Source of the DNA: a virus | Lineage: Duplodnaviria > Caudoviricetes | Strand: one strand, 5' to 3' | Length of the DNA stretch: 64,000 nt | Virus record (IMG/VR): IMGVR_UViG_3300005076_000003 | Location: 17,911 to 81,910 of that record | Part shown: piece by piece, positions 1 through 10,072 of the stretch | How positions within the stretch are numbered: the stretch's first letter is position 1 | How the letters are laid out: each line of letters begins with the position of its first letter | Translations under genes and position numbers: made by a program | The notes under the pieces: model-generated | Seen by the model: the letters and a program-made list of their open reading frames with translations, nothing else | What the model was told of the DNA's origin: nothing | Database searches by the model: none

Positions 1-1
1 G

Positions 2-3000
2 GCAAAAATAGTCGCTGAGAAAGAATACTCTCGATATATTGCTGGTAATAGTCTAGCAATGGAGATTGTTCAATCTAAGCAACAACAAGCCCGTATAGAT
101 TATCTTGCTTCCCTATCAATAGAGGAAGAGTTACAAGGTCGTATTAATGCTCTATTGAAGATAGGTGCTACATACGACCAAGCTAGAACTTTAGCTGAAA
201 GTAAGTTTGCGGATAATGCGGAAGGTCGCGCTGCTCTTGGGCAAATGATCACTAATACATTATTCACTCAAAACCAACAACTAGATGATATGATTAGCCA
301 ACAAGCAAGTATTAATGGTTATCTTGAAAAAGGTAAGACATTAGAACAGGCTACTATGGAAGTCACTAAAGCTCGTCTGCAAATGATTGCTGGTGGAAAG
401 CTGACAGAGGAACAGAAAACTCTAGCGGATGCTGTATTACAACAACAGTTGAAACTAAAAGCTCTTGAAAGAGAGAAAGAGTTGCTGACCAATCTTAATA
501 CGTTGGAAAAGCAAAAGAATGCATTCGTTGTCGCACAATCTAGTAGTTATTATAAGTTAGCTCAGAATATAGCAATTGCCAATAAGGTTGCAGCAAATAC
601 AGACATGACTACTGCTCAAGCTAGACGTTTAGTTGAAGCAGAAGAATTGTTAAACTTTGAGAAAGAGATGTCTTCTCTTAAAATGCAAACTTATATTCTA
701 ACTCTCAACGAAAGCGATGCTGTTAAACAATTACTAAGTAACTACACAACCTTAGACAGTGTACAAGTTGGACAATATGATAGGCAACAGAAGCTTCTTG
801 CAATTGCTAAAGAGTTGTCTGCGGAAGCTGAAAAGCAACGTAACAATCCTATTGGTGACTTTAGTAGCGTTGATTTTAATGTGTTTGGTGATTTTGGTAA
901 TCCGTTTGAAGCTGCGCTAAATGGTCTGAATGAGTTTGTGACTAAGACTCAGGAAAGTCGTGGTTTATTGGCTTCACTTGAGAAAGATATTACTGCTGCT
1001 AAACAAGCTGGGTTAGATGTTACGAACTTAGAGTTGGAAAAGGTACAGTTATTAACTAAACAGGAACAGGACAGAAGTAAGGCTGTTGATCAAGGAATTA
1101 CAAGCACTTTATCACTAACGAAGTCAATGTTTAACGAGGAAAGTAAGGGTTATAAAGTAATTAGTAAGTTAGAAAAAGCTTACCAAGCATCTAAAATCGC
1201 CTTTGCTCTTTGGGAAAAGAAAGACGCTATCGCCACCTTAGCTCTTGAGTTAAAAGGTATGTTAATGAATGCTGCAACTTTTGTCTCAACAACAGCAACT
1301 AAACTTGCTGCACAAATGGGATTCAACGTTGCGAAAGGTACTGAAGCTGTATTAACTCAAGGTGGTGGTGATCCATACACAGCGTTCCCTCGTATGGCTG
1401 CAATGGCTGCTGCTGTAGCTGCTTTAGGTATTGCTATTGGTAGTATCTCTGGTGGTAGTACAGGAAGCTTCACTGCTTCTAACTCTGGAACAGGAACAGT
1501 CTTTGGTGATTCAGAGGCTCAATCTACCAGCATTGCTAATTCGATTGAATTGTTATCTGAAAATAGTGACTTGATGCTCCCATTAACCACTTCAATGTTA
1601 CGTTCTTTAAGAAATATTGAAAGTAGTGTTGGAGGTGTTACAAACCTAATCCTTCGTCAAGCTACTGGTGGAAGTTTCAATGTTTCTAATGGGTTCACTC
1701 AGAATGCAATTGGTGGATTCCTTGAGAAAGCTGGTAATTCGTTCTTTGCAAGTATTGGTGACTTCTTAGGTGTCAACAAGATGCTTGGTGGTTTACTGGG
1801 AAGTTTGTTTGGTTCTAAAACATCTATACAAGGTCAAGGTTTATTTGGCGGGGCACAGAGTTTAGGTAACATCATGTCAGGAGGTTTTAATCTTCAAGAG
1901 TACATTGATGTTGAAACTAAGAAGAAGACGTTTGGTATCACAACATCTGTAAAGAATAGTACACAATTCTCCGCTGCTAATAAAGAGTTAGAGAAGCAGT
2001 TTACATTAATCTTCTCAGGGTTCTACGATTCAATTCTATCTGCTACAGATATTCTTGGTGCAAATACTAACGAAGTTAAGAACAAGTTACAAGCTGCCAT
2101 AATCAATATCGGTAAGATTGATTTGCAAGGTTTAAATGGTGAACAAATCCAAGAGAAGCTAGAAGCTGTTTTTGGTGCTGCTGCTGATAATCTTGCACAA
2201 CAAGGTTTTGCTGGTCTAGATGCTTTCCAGAAAGTTGGTGAAGGTTACTATGAAACTCTGATACGTGTAGCTTCTGCTGTTGATGAAGCAACATATTACA
2301 CAGAACGTTTAAATGTAACCGCTGTTGACTACACTGACATCTTGAATAAACAAGGTGATGTAGCTGCTGAGATTGTTCGTCAGTCTGTACTGTTAAACAA
2401 TAGTACAAAAGACATCAAAGGTGGCTTCTATGATTTAGTTAATTCTTTTGATGGTACAGCAAGTGAATTGACAGACTTTGTTCTGACACTGAAAGACTTA
2501 CAAGATCAGTTGTTTATGACTGGTAAGAATGCTGACTATTTAACATCATCAATGATTCTCGGTGCTGGTGGTTTAGACAGCCTAGCTAGTGGTTTAGATG
2601 CTTATTTTGAAATGTTATCTCCTGCTGAACAAGCTGCTGAGTTGACACGTAGATTGACAAATGAGTTTGCTATCTTTGGTAAGGAATTGCCAGCAGATGT
2701 CAAAGCATTTAGAAATTTAGTGAGCAGTATTGATATTAGCACAGAAGCTGGTCAAAAGCTTTATGGTCAAATCATTGCGTTAGCTCCTGAGTTCAACGAT
2801 CTTCAAGATGCTATTAAGAATGCGAATGGTGATGTGAATGCTCTTGTGCAATCTCTACGCGATTTAGCTGAACAAGCTAGAGCTGCTAGAGGTGAAACAG
2901 AACAACCACGTAACTTAGCTTACCTTCGTAATGAGTTCCAGAATGCTTCTGCTTTAGCTCTACAAGGCGATACGGAAGCTGCTGCTAGACTTATTACTAT

Positions 3001-3379
3001 CGGCAAAGACTTGATGTCTATGAGCAAGCTATACTCTGTAACAGGTAGTGATTATGCTAAAGACTTAGCCTTCATTCAAGGTATCGCAACTGTTGTAGCT
3101 GACATTCAAGAGTCTGGCTTAGGAACTTCAATTAGTCCTGATCTAACACCCTCTACTGGTACGGGAACAACTACACCAACTGTTGAGACAGTTAATAACT
3201 CAACAGATGCTCGTTTAGATGCGCTTTCTGAGAAGTTAGAAGCGGGGTTATTTGCTATTGCTAAGTATGCTCAAGTTACAGCAACTAAGTTAGAGAATTG
3301 GGATGATGGTAATCGTATCATGGTTGGTATTCAACCTGAGAATGGTGACATACCTGTTCCAGTTAAAATCACATTATAA
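2..3379 (+). CDS. Tail tape measure protein, C-terminal part (5' truncated by window edge)
   Basis: Frame is open from position 2 to the stop at 3379. More than 1100 aa of Ala/Gln/Leu-rich helical sequence with Gly-rich hydrophobic patches, directly upstream of tail and lysis genes. Confidence 0.85.
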   Translation, partial: AKIVAEKEYSRYIAGNSLAMEIVQSKQQQARIDYLASLSIEEELQGRINALLKIGATYDQARTLAESKFADNAEGRAALGQMITNTLFTQNQQLDDMISQQASINGYLEKGKTLEQATMEVTKARLQMIAGGKLTEEQKTLADAVLQQQLKLKALEREKELLTNLNTLEKQKNAFVVAQSSSYYKLAQNIAIANKVAANTDMTTAQARRLVEAEELLNFEKEMSSLKMQTYILTLNESDAVKQLLSNYTTLDSVQVGQYDRQQKLLAIAKELSAEAEKQRNNPIGDFSSVDFNVFGDFGNPFEAALNGLNEFVTKTQESRGLLASLEKDITAAKQAGLDVTNLELEKVQLLTKQEQDRSKAVDQGITSTLSLTKSMFNEESKGYKVISKLEKAYQASKIAFALWEKKDAIATLALELKGMLMNAATFVSTTATKLAAQMGFNVAKGTEAVLTQGGGDPYTAFPRMAAMAAAVAALGIAIGSISGGSTGSFTASNSGTGTVFGDSEAQSTSIANSIELLSENSDLMLPLTTSMLRSLRNIESSVGGVTNLILRQATGGSFNVSNGFTQNAIGGFLEKAGNSFFASIGDFLGVNKMLGGLLGSLFGSKTSIQGQGLFGGAQSLGNIMSGGFNLQEYIDVETKKKTFGITTSVKNSTQFSAANKELEKQFTLIFSGFYDSILSATDILGANTNEVKNKLQAAIINIGKIDLQGLNGEQIQEKLEAVFGAAADNLAQQGFAGLDAFQKVGEGYYETLIRVASAVDEATYYTERLNVTAVDYTDILNKQGDVAAEIVRQSVLLNNSTKDIKGGFYDLVNSFDGTASELTDFVLTLKDLQDQLFMTGKNADYLTSSMILGAGGLDSLASGLDAYFEMLSPAEQAAELTRRLTNEFAIFGKELPADVKAFRNLVSSIDISTEAGQKLYGQIIALAPEFNDLQDAIKNANGDVNALVQSLRDLAEQARAARGETEQPRNLAYLRNEFQNASALALQGDTEAAARLITIGKDLMSMSKLYSVTGSDYAKDLAFIQGIATVVADIQESGLGTSISPDLTPSTGTGTTTPTVETVNNSTDARLDALSEKLEAGLFAIAKYAQVTATKLENWDDGNRIMVGIQPENGDIPVPVKITL

Positions 3380-3449
3380 GTAGATGGAGAGTTTAGGCTC
3401 TCCTGATACTCTTTAACACACTAGAGCATTTTAATATTGAGGAAATTAG

Positions 3450-4346
3450 ATGAGAGTTATTAAAAGTATAGTGACTACGGACGCTATTCTAACTTCTAGT
3501 AACATCCCAGAGGATGAATACCCCGATTGGGTATCTGGTACAAGTTACACTGCTCTGGATAAAGTTATTTATGAACACAAGATTTATGAAAGGATTATAA
3601 CTGGTACTGGGACAACTCCTCCAAACATAGATCAAATTAATTGGTTAGATTTAGGTGCTACAAACAAATACAGAATGTTTGACAATATCATTTCAAGTGT
3701 TAGTAGTCGAGTTGGTGGCATTGAGTTTACTCTTACGCCGAATCAGGTTGTTAATGGAATTGCTCTTTTAAACGTAAACGCTTCACTGGTTAGGGTTGTT
3801 GTAACTGATCCGATTGATGGTGTTGTATATGATCAGACTAAAGAGTTAAGAGCTTCAAGTGAAGTTATTGATTACTTCTCATACTTCTTTGCCCCATTAG
3901 TATCTCTAACAGATTTAAATACAGCAGTATTCTTAGACTTACCAAACAGACCGACAGCAACTATTACAGTATATATTAGCTCAGGGACAGGTTTAGTAGA
4001 GGTTGGTGAAGTTGTGTATGGTATTCAGAGTGTGGTTGGTAGAACTAACTATGGCACAGCTATCGGGATTAAATCTTATTCTCGCAAGGAGGTAGATGAG
4101 TTTGGTAAAGTTACGGTAATTAAAAGAAAGAACAGTAAGTATGCTGATTATGATGTGGATATTGACAACACAAACTTAGCTTTTGTTCAAAGGTTGTTCC
4201 AAGATATCGATTCGATTCCGTGTGTATTTATTGGGAATCCTGAAATGGAAGAATTGATTGTCTATGGTTTCTATAGCGATTTCAAATCAACCATTAGTTT
4301 TCCAACAGTTAGTAAGTGTACGTTACGTGTAGAGGGGTTAATCTAA
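3450..4346 (+). CDS. Virion tail-tip (distal-tail-like) protein with N-terminal carbohydrate-binding-like W..G.Y...D.V.Y motif
   Basis: Immediately after the tape measure gene, GAGGA RBS, beta-rich composition. Confidence 0.55.
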   Translation: MRVIKSIVTTDAILTSSNIPEDEYPDWVSGTSYTALDKVIYEHKIYERIITGTGTTPPNIDQINWLDLGATNKYRMFDNIISSVSSRVGGIEFTLTPNQVVNGIALLNVNASLVRVVVTDPIDGVVYDQTKELRASSEVIDYFSYFFAPLVSLTDLNTAVFLDLPNRPTATITVYISSGTGLVEVGEVVYGIQSVVGRTNYGTAIGIKSYSRKEVDEFGKVTVIKRKNSKYADYDVDIDNTNLAFVQRLFQDIDSIPCVFIGNPEMEELIVYGFYSDFKSTISFPTVSKCTLRVEGLI

Positions 4347-4963
4347 TGTCAGCACCAAATGTAAATCCTTTACCTGCATCACCATCAAGATTGAGCAGAC
4401 CTAGTAATTTTGTTACCGAAGCTACAGTGTTCCTAGAGGCATTACCTACATATAGATCACAGGTTAATTTTTTTAACACATATATTAACTCCAATATTGT
4501 GAACAAGTATAATTTCGGGACAATACTTGGAATAAGAACTTTCCCTAACATATCACAAGTTCCAGCAAATGATATTATTTTCGACGGAGATAATATTTCT
4601 TTTACTAGCGCCTTAGACAGTCTCTATAGTGCGTTAGAAGCGCACAGTTTAGTTATAAATTCTACAGGTGTTTGGTATGATTCCGTACTCAGTGAAGTGG
4701 GCTCTATTCCTTACGATTTAGATAAACCTATTACCTCAGGGGTGTCTCAAGCAATGACAAGGAATCAGAGTCGAGAAGATTTCAACGAAACAGCTCAATT
4801 ATTCACAACAACAAATCAAGATAATATTAACTCATTATTTCAAAGTATCTGGTATACCTACAGCACCTCATGTGGTGATAAAAGTTGTGGGTTAGTTACA
4901 GACACAACAATTATTTCTTTTTTAGATGGCGGTTCGGTTACTGACCACACTATTACTTATTGA
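4346..4963 (+). CDS. Putative tail structural protein
   Basis: ATG at 4346 overlaps the upstream TAA. N-terminal PLPASPSR...NF...FLEAL motif is typical of phage tail accessory proteins. Confidence 0.5.
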   Translation: MSAPNVNPLPASPSRLSRPSNFVTEATVFLEALPTYRSQVNFFNTYINSNIVNKYNFGTILGIRTFPNISQVPANDIIFDGDNISFTSALDSLYSALEAHSLVINSTGVWYDSVLSEVGSIPYDLDKPITSGVSQAMTRNQSREDFNETAQLFTTTNQDNINSLFQSIWYTYSTSCGDKSCGLVTDTTIISFLDGGSVTDHTITY

Positions 4964-4970
4964 GGGTTAT

Positions 4971-5609
4971 ATGGCTTTACAATTTCAATTAAGACGCGGA
5001 ACAACAGCAGAGACTAAATCATTTACAGGGGCTGTTGGAGAAGTAACAGTAGATACAACAAAGGATGTTGTTGTTGTTCACGATGGTGTGACAATCGGAG
5101 GCTTCCCTGTTGCTGCACGAGCAAATGCTGACGGAACAATCAGTTTAATTAAGAAAGATGGTACATCTGCGGGAGAGATTAACGCATCAGGTTTATTTAA
5201 TAACACATTAACTTCTACAAACACCAACCAAGCTGCAACAGCTGCTCAAGCTAAAATCTTGAATGATGGTAAGTTAGATAAATCAGCAATTACAATAACA
5301 GGAAATCCTCCTGTATACGGATGTAGGGCTTGGGTAAACTTTAACGGGGCAACAGGCGCTATCCGAAATCAAGGAAATGTCATGTCGGTTGTACGTAATG
5401 GTGTTGGTAATTACACTATAAATTTTATAGTATCAATGCCTGACGATAATTACGCTCCACAAACAACAATGTCTCATATTGGAGCGGGAGCAGGCTTTGG
5501 TATAGTGTCACAAACAAATACATCGATCACATTGCAGGCAACATATGGGGGGGATAACACAATTGGTGTATTTGACCCATCGATTTGTTCTTTATCTGTG
5601 TTTTGTTAA
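4971..5609 (+). CDS. Short tail fibre with Mtd_N-like N-terminal domain
   Basis: LQFQLRRGTTAETKSFTGAVGEVTVDTTKDVVVVHDGVTIGGFPVA closely resembles the N-terminus of BPP-1 Mtd as I recall it. C-terminal RAWVNFNG...GNV.SV..NGVGNYTINF is a tail-fibre motif. Confidence 0.75.
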   Translation: MALQFQLRRGTTAETKSFTGAVGEVTVDTTKDVVVVHDGVTIGGFPVAARANADGTISLIKKDGTSAGEINASGLFNNTLTSTNTNQAATAAQAKILNDGKLDKSAITITGNPPVYGCRAWVNFNGATGAIRNQGNVMSVVRNGVGNYTINFIVSMPDDNYAPQTTMSHIGAGAGFGIVSQTNTSITLQATYGGDNTIGVFDPSICSLSVFC

Positions 5610-5622
5610 TTAGGGAGCGATT

Positions 5623-5916
5623 ATGCAAGAAAATTTAAATGATGCGTGGGCTGTGGTATTAGAATATTGGTTTTTAATAGCAGCGCTTACAACAACATTC
5701 ATTATGGCATTGATCCGTACAGCAAAGAAGAACGGTAAGATCGATTGGCTTGAGTCGGTGATGTGTGCTTTATTTACTTATGGGATCTGGTTTGTCCTGA
5801 CATGGTTGAATCTACCTGAAGGTATTGGTGTACTTATTGGTGGTTTGGTGGGGTATTCAGGCACGCATATTACAAGTAAGTGGTTGTATAAAAAACTTGG
5901 TATTGATTTAGAATAA
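5623..5916 (+). CDS. Holin
   Basis: 97 aa, 2-3 hydrophobic segments, charged C-terminus, directly upstream of the endolysin. Confidence 0.75.
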   Translation: MQENLNDAWAVVLEYWFLIAALTTTFIMALIRTAKKNGKIDWLESVMCALFTYGIWFVLTWLNLPEGIGVLIGGLVGYSGTHITSKWLYKKLGIDLE

Positions 5917-5940
5917 AAAGGTTAATTTAGAGGAAATAAA

Positions 5941-6504
5941 ATGACAAATAAAACTTATATTATTACGAATACAAGTGGACATTCTGAAAAAGATAGTGGT
6001 GCTGTAACAAAGAAAGACGGTAAGTTAATTAAAGAGGCAGATTTAGCAGTTAAATTCCGTAATGCTGTCTTGCACTACCTACAACAAGATAAGAGTATTA
6101 TCACACGTACAGACGGCTATGGAAAAACAAACCTTAGTTTAAATGACGCAGCTAAATTAATAGAGGGTGCAGATTTAAGTATCGAGTGGCATCTAAACGC
6201 ATCAAGTAATCCTACTGCTACAGGTGTAGAGACAATCGCTCTACCTGAAGACAAAGTATTAGCTCAAAAGATTTCATCTGTTGTGGCGCAAGCTTTTGAG
6301 TTGAAGTTACGAGGACAGGACGGGTGGATAGATCAGTCAGAATCGGCTCGTGGTAAATTGTTATTTGTAAGCAAAGGAGGTCTTATTGGAGAGCTTGGTT
6401 TCATCAGCTCAACTAAAGACTTAGAAGCTTTTGAATCTCGTTACTGGGTTGCAGCTAAAGCTGTGGCAGAAGTGATGATTGAATACGTTAAGAATAAGAA
6501 ATAA
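5941..6504 (+). CDS. Endolysin, N-acetylmuramoyl-L-alanine amidase (Amidase_3 type)
   Basis: Zn-amidase motifs GH..KDSGA, EADL, SIEWHLNAS, GVET, GELGFI. Confidence 0.85.
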   Translation: MTNKTYIITNTSGHSEKDSGAVTKKDGKLIKEADLAVKFRNAVLHYLQQDKSIITRTDGYGKTNLSLNDAAKLIEGADLSIEWHLNASSNPTATGVETIALPEDKVLAQKISSVVAQAFELKLRGQDGWIDQSESARGKLLFVSKGGLIGELGFISSTKDLEAFESRYWVAAKAVAEVMIEYVKNKK

Positions 6505-6521
6505 CAAAAGAGGTAATAATT

Positions 6522-7097
6522 ATGAATGTATTACTTATATTAAGTGCATTAAAGAAAGGATGGGAATATACAAAAGGGTTCTTAGCTTTAGCTGTGAAAT
6601 ATTGGTACATTGTAATCATTACCCTTTTACTTGCTATCGCTACTTCTTTAAGACATGATGTTAAAACTCTTAATGCTGAGAAAGATGTACTAAATAGTAA
6701 CATGGTTGCTTTAGTACAGAAGCAGAAAGTAGATTTACTTGAAGCTCAAAAGAAAGCTCAAGAGAAAGAAATTGAGATACTAACTAAACAAAAAGAAGTA
6801 GAGGTTAAATACAATGAACAAATCAAAGCTCTCAGCAATGATGTTATTATTGCTCGTAATTCCGCTAACAGCTTGTCAAAGCAACTTGCAGACAACGCCA
6901 TTAAATTGTCCACAGCTTCCAAAACAGAAGTTGACGCTTACAACAAGTCCATCTCAGTCGTACTCGAAGATAGCACAAGAAAATATCTCGATATGGCAGG
7001 AGAAGCTGACGCTAAAAGATTAGCAGAAGAACGGTGTGTTGGTTTATACAACGCTTTAGTGGATGTAGATAATCCTGATACAAATAATAAAGAATAA
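6522..7097 (+). CDS. Rz: i-spanin (Rz-like)
   Basis: N-terminal transmembrane segment plus long coiled coil, after the endolysin, with an embedded lipoprotein ORF. Confidence 0.75.
   Translation: MNVLLILSALKKGWEYTKGFLALAVKYWYIVIITLLLAIATSLRHDVKTLNAEKDVLNSNMVALVQKQKVDLLEAQKKAQEKEIEILTKQKEVEVKYNEQIKALSNDVIIARNSANSLSKQLADNAIKLSTASKTEVDAYNKSISVVLEDSTRKYLDMAGEADAKRLAEERCVGLYNALVDVDNPDTNNKE
6814..7023 (+). CDS. Rz1: o-spanin lipoprotein (Rz1-like), embedded in Rz in the +1 frame
   Basis: Signal peptide MNKSK-hydrophobic-LTAC lipobox, Pro-rich mature part, GAGG RBS upstream. Confidence 0.8.
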   Translation: MNKSKLSAMMLLLLVIPLTACQSNLQTTPLNCPQLPKQKLTLTTSPSQSYSKIAQENISIWQEKLTLKD

Positions 7098-7345
7098 CAA
7101 TAATAAGAAATGAAAAAGGAAACTATTAAAGTTTCCCCTCTCCTCGCCTGACAGCTAATCACTGTTGGGTTTTTATGGCTTACGTTATCGCTTAATAAAA
7201 CCCTAGCATCGTCAATATCATACTTCTCAACACAATAGTGCAAAGCTTCACCACCATACAATACTTCAATATAAGCTTCCGTTACTTTGACAACTTCACC
7301 TAAGTAACCTTCAACCTCTACCATATCACCATGTTTAAATTTCAT
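6938..7345 (-). CDS. Hypothetical protein (KOW/SH3-like N-terminus); C-terminal half overlapping Rz is doubtful
   Basis: AGGAG RBS and MKFKHGDMVEV start. The 3' part runs antisense into the spanin genes. Confidence 0.45.
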   Translation of the reverse strand: MKFKHGDMVEVEGYLGEVVKVTEAYIEVLYGGEALHYCVEKYDIDDARVLLSDNVSHKNPTVISCQARRGETLIVSFFISYYCYSLLFVSGLSTSTKALYKPTHRSSANLLASASPAISRYFLVLSSSTTEMDLL

Positions 7346-7369
7346 TTCATTTCTCCTTTATAGTGAAAA

Positions 7370-7660
7370 CTATATTATCCGATGCAAGTCTTTCAGCGAT
7401 AAACCTTGCTCATGTAAAACTTCATCTAGCATTTTTAGCACATAATCCGAAGTCACCATATCACCGTAACATTCACCATTACTATTCCAAAAAGCTTTAT
7501 CAAGTATATTCTCACCAAGAACAAGAGTGTAGTCTTTGATTTCATTAAAACCAACACCATTAAAACACTCTAAAACTTCTTGTACATCACAACAGTCAAA
7601 CCAAGCAAAACACGAATATTTATCGCTGACATCACCTACAGACACAACATATTTACTCAT
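7370..7660 (-). CDS. Hypothetical acidic protein
   Basis: AGGAG RBS, operon context. Confidence 0.6.
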   Translation of the reverse strand: MSKYVVSVGDVSDKYSCFAWFDCCDVQEVLECFNGVGFNEIKDYTLVLGENILDKAFWNSNGECYGDMVTSDYVLKMLDEVLHEQGLSLKDLHRII

Positions 7661-7677
7661 TTTATTTCTCCTTTAAA

Positions 7678-7923
7678 TTAATCATACTTCAAATATGTAT
7701 CTTTCAACTGCTTTCTCAAACTTCTAACAGAATTAGCATAGAAAGTGCAGTCAATAGTTTTAATATACTCACCGTTATCTTCATAATACTTTGAATAATA
7801 TGTTGTTGCAATATACAAACTATTTACTCTAAGGGAGGTAATGATTTCAATATTAATTGAGTTGTCAACCTTTCTTAGAATAGGGTAGCTTGCGTTATAA
7901 AACTCTTGTAACTTGTTACTCAT
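7678..7923 (-). CDS. Hypothetical protein
   Basis: RBS, operon context. Confidence 0.6.
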   Translation of the reverse strand: MSNKLQEFYNASYPILRKVDNSINIEIITSLRVNSLYIATTYYSKYYEDNGEYIKTIDCTFYANSVRSLRKQLKDTYLKYD

Positions 7924-7934
7924 TGTCTTTCCCT

Positions 7935-9845
7935 TTAAATTTTACCAATAATTAAATAACCACGTACACCATTTCTTGATGTACTCTTTACAGAGTAAAC
8001 ACTCTGAACATCGGTAGCCTTAGCCGTGCACTTAGCACTTAATTTATCATAAGCACATTTAACTAAATCTTTTAACTCTTTAAAACTGTAAAAAGTATTG
8101 TGTTTAAGTTTAATAGTTTTTAAAGCCGTCTTTTGTGCTTTCGATTTCTGATCGACACCAACAGCTTTATTAAACTTAGCCTTAGTTTTTGTCTTATGAA
8201 AATGCGTTGCTTTAATTGCTTCAATACCTAACACATCAACATAAGATTTAAACTCACCATCTAAAGATAACAAGACTTCCATCTTTTTACTAACATCTTC
8301 TTTAACTGAATCATCTATTTTCAATAATTCATATAAGTCGTAATACTCCATAGCAAGCTCTTTGAAATTTAACTTCTTCTCCATCTTAGCTAAATCTTCA
8401 AGTTTAATATCAGGTATTTGGTAGTTATCTGTTTCGGAAAACAACTCTAGTTTATCCTCTAACACAGTCTTATCATCATCAACCATAACATTAACATAAT
8501 CAGCATTTAAAGCAGCATAACTAATACACAAACCATAAACGGCATAATCATTTGTTTGCGCTTCACCATCAACTTCTAAGAAGTAAGGACTGCTGTTGAA
8601 ATCAATCTTCATACTTTTTAACTTGTCTAAAGTATATCGTTGTTCCATATCTTTTGCAATAGCTAACTCATTCTTAACGTACTCCTCGTAATCTTCTTCA
8701 CTTAAAGAAACACCACTAAACTCATCATTCCATAAGAACACAGCTTCTCTTTTAACAAGTGGGTTTTGGTTACGACATCTTCCTGCAATCTGCTGTATGT
8801 CTGTACTAATATCAATCCTTGTGTGGTGCTTACTTCTGTTCTTAACATCTGAAATAATGTAAGTATGGGCATCCTCAACACAAAAATCTAAACCTTCAAA
8901 AGCATATTTAGTACAGAACTGGACTGGTTTGTTTCTTGGATTTAACGTAGTAACACCATCAACATTTTCTTTATACAAAGGTCTTTCAGGTTTCCACTCA
9001 GCACCTAACTGCTCTTTTAGGTATGTTCTGTTTCTATCATTATCAGCACAAATTATCTTAATATCTTTATGTGTTAAACCTCTAGCTTTAATTAACTGCT
9101 TAACACAAGGAATAATTCCCCTTAAAGAGTTATAGAAGAATAATGGTGTACCTTCTGTATCTAAATGTCTCAAAGCAATCGCAACCACTTTAGAAGTCAC
9201 ATCACCTTTCATCTTAGCCTTCTTAATGTGCATAACACTACTACCTTCCCACACTAAACGGATATACTCTAGTTTAGCTACTTCAGGTGGAAAGTATTTT
9301 CTAGGTGTTGGTGTAGCAGTCATAAAACACACAGATTTAAACTCATCTACTAATCTAAATAATTTAGTTACTACAACAGGTTTAAAGGTATCTGATGCTT
9401 TTAATAATACTTGAAGTTCATCAACCAACAATTTAAAGTCTTTAACACTAGCACCTAGAACATCAATAACTCTTGGCAAACTATCGTAAGTTACCATAAT
9501 CTTAATAGGTTGTTGTGTTAATCTTTTAATATTAATACTGTTTTCTATATCTTTTATAGAAACATCTGCATATACTGGAATCAAATTCTCATGCTGTTCT
9601 GATTTGTTAATAATTAGCTCAACACTACCAACAGCTATAACATAATTCTCATCATCGGTTATGGCTAGAGAAGTTCCTCCAACACCTGCAACAGATTTAC
9701 ACAAGAATGAGTTATCAGGTAGAGTGCTAAAAACTTCACTCATGTATTTGTATTCTTTAGGTATGTTAATTACAGTTTCAACACCTGTGTCAGTATCTAC
9801 TTTTGCTTGGTTTAAGTGAATACCTTGTTTAACGAAGTCTTTCAT
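7935..9845 (-). CDS. SF2 helicase-like protein, putative replication origin-binding protein
   Basis: Degenerate Walker A (SVAGVGGTS), Walker B (LLVDE), motif III (MTATP), FEGLDF, and QQIAGRCR motif VI. Confidence 0.6.
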   Translation of the reverse strand: MKDFVKQGIHLNQAKVDTDTGVETVINIPKEYKYMSEVFSTLPDNSFLCKSVAGVGGTSLAITDDENYVIAVGSVELIINKSEQHENLIPVYADVSIKDIENSINIKRLTQQPIKIMVTYDSLPRVIDVLGASVKDFKLLVDELQVLLKASDTFKPVVVTKLFRLVDEFKSVCFMTATPTPRKYFPPEVAKLEYIRLVWEGSSVMHIKKAKMKGDVTSKVVAIALRHLDTEGTPLFFYNSLRGIIPCVKQLIKARGLTHKDIKIICADNDRNRTYLKEQLGAEWKPERPLYKENVDGVTTLNPRNKPVQFCTKYAFEGLDFCVEDAHTYIISDVKNRSKHHTRIDISTDIQQIAGRCRNQNPLVKREAVFLWNDEFSGVSLSEEDYEEYVKNELAIAKDMEQRYTLDKLKSMKIDFNSSPYFLEVDGEAQTNDYAVYGLCISYAALNADYVNVMVDDDKTVLEDKLELFSETDNYQIPDIKLEDLAKMEKKLNFKELAMEYYDLYELLKIDDSVKEDVSKKMEVLLSLDGEFKSYVDVLGIEAIKATHFHKTKTKAKFNKAVGVDQKSKAQKTALKTIKLKHNTFYSFKELKDLVKCAYDKLSAKCTAKATDVQSVYSVKSTSRNGVRGYLIIGKI

Positions 9846-10072
9846 TAGTGTTCCTTTACTTATTACATTAACTTAATTATAACTTTTCTTAGTAGAGAAT
9901 GTCAATAAAAAATGTAAAATATTAACACAAAATATTGACATTCAGCTTATGAAAAGATTGTAAAAACTGTTTGTGTTTAAGTAAATAAAAAGAGGTACTA
10001 CCTAAACAGATAATACCTCTATTGTGCCACTTAATCTCGTTATACTTCAACATTAGTGACATCATTAGTGAC

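Noticed and set aside
2103-2408. Antisense ORFs inside large genes (also 8929, 15103, 23751, 27157, 49269, 60767 and similar)
   Set aside because: They are shadow ORFs opposite well-supported genes, with no RBS or motifs.
4971-5609. Diversity-generating retroelement acting on the Mtd_N fibre
   Set aside because: No reverse transcriptase, and I saw no template/variable repeat pair differing at adenines in the window.
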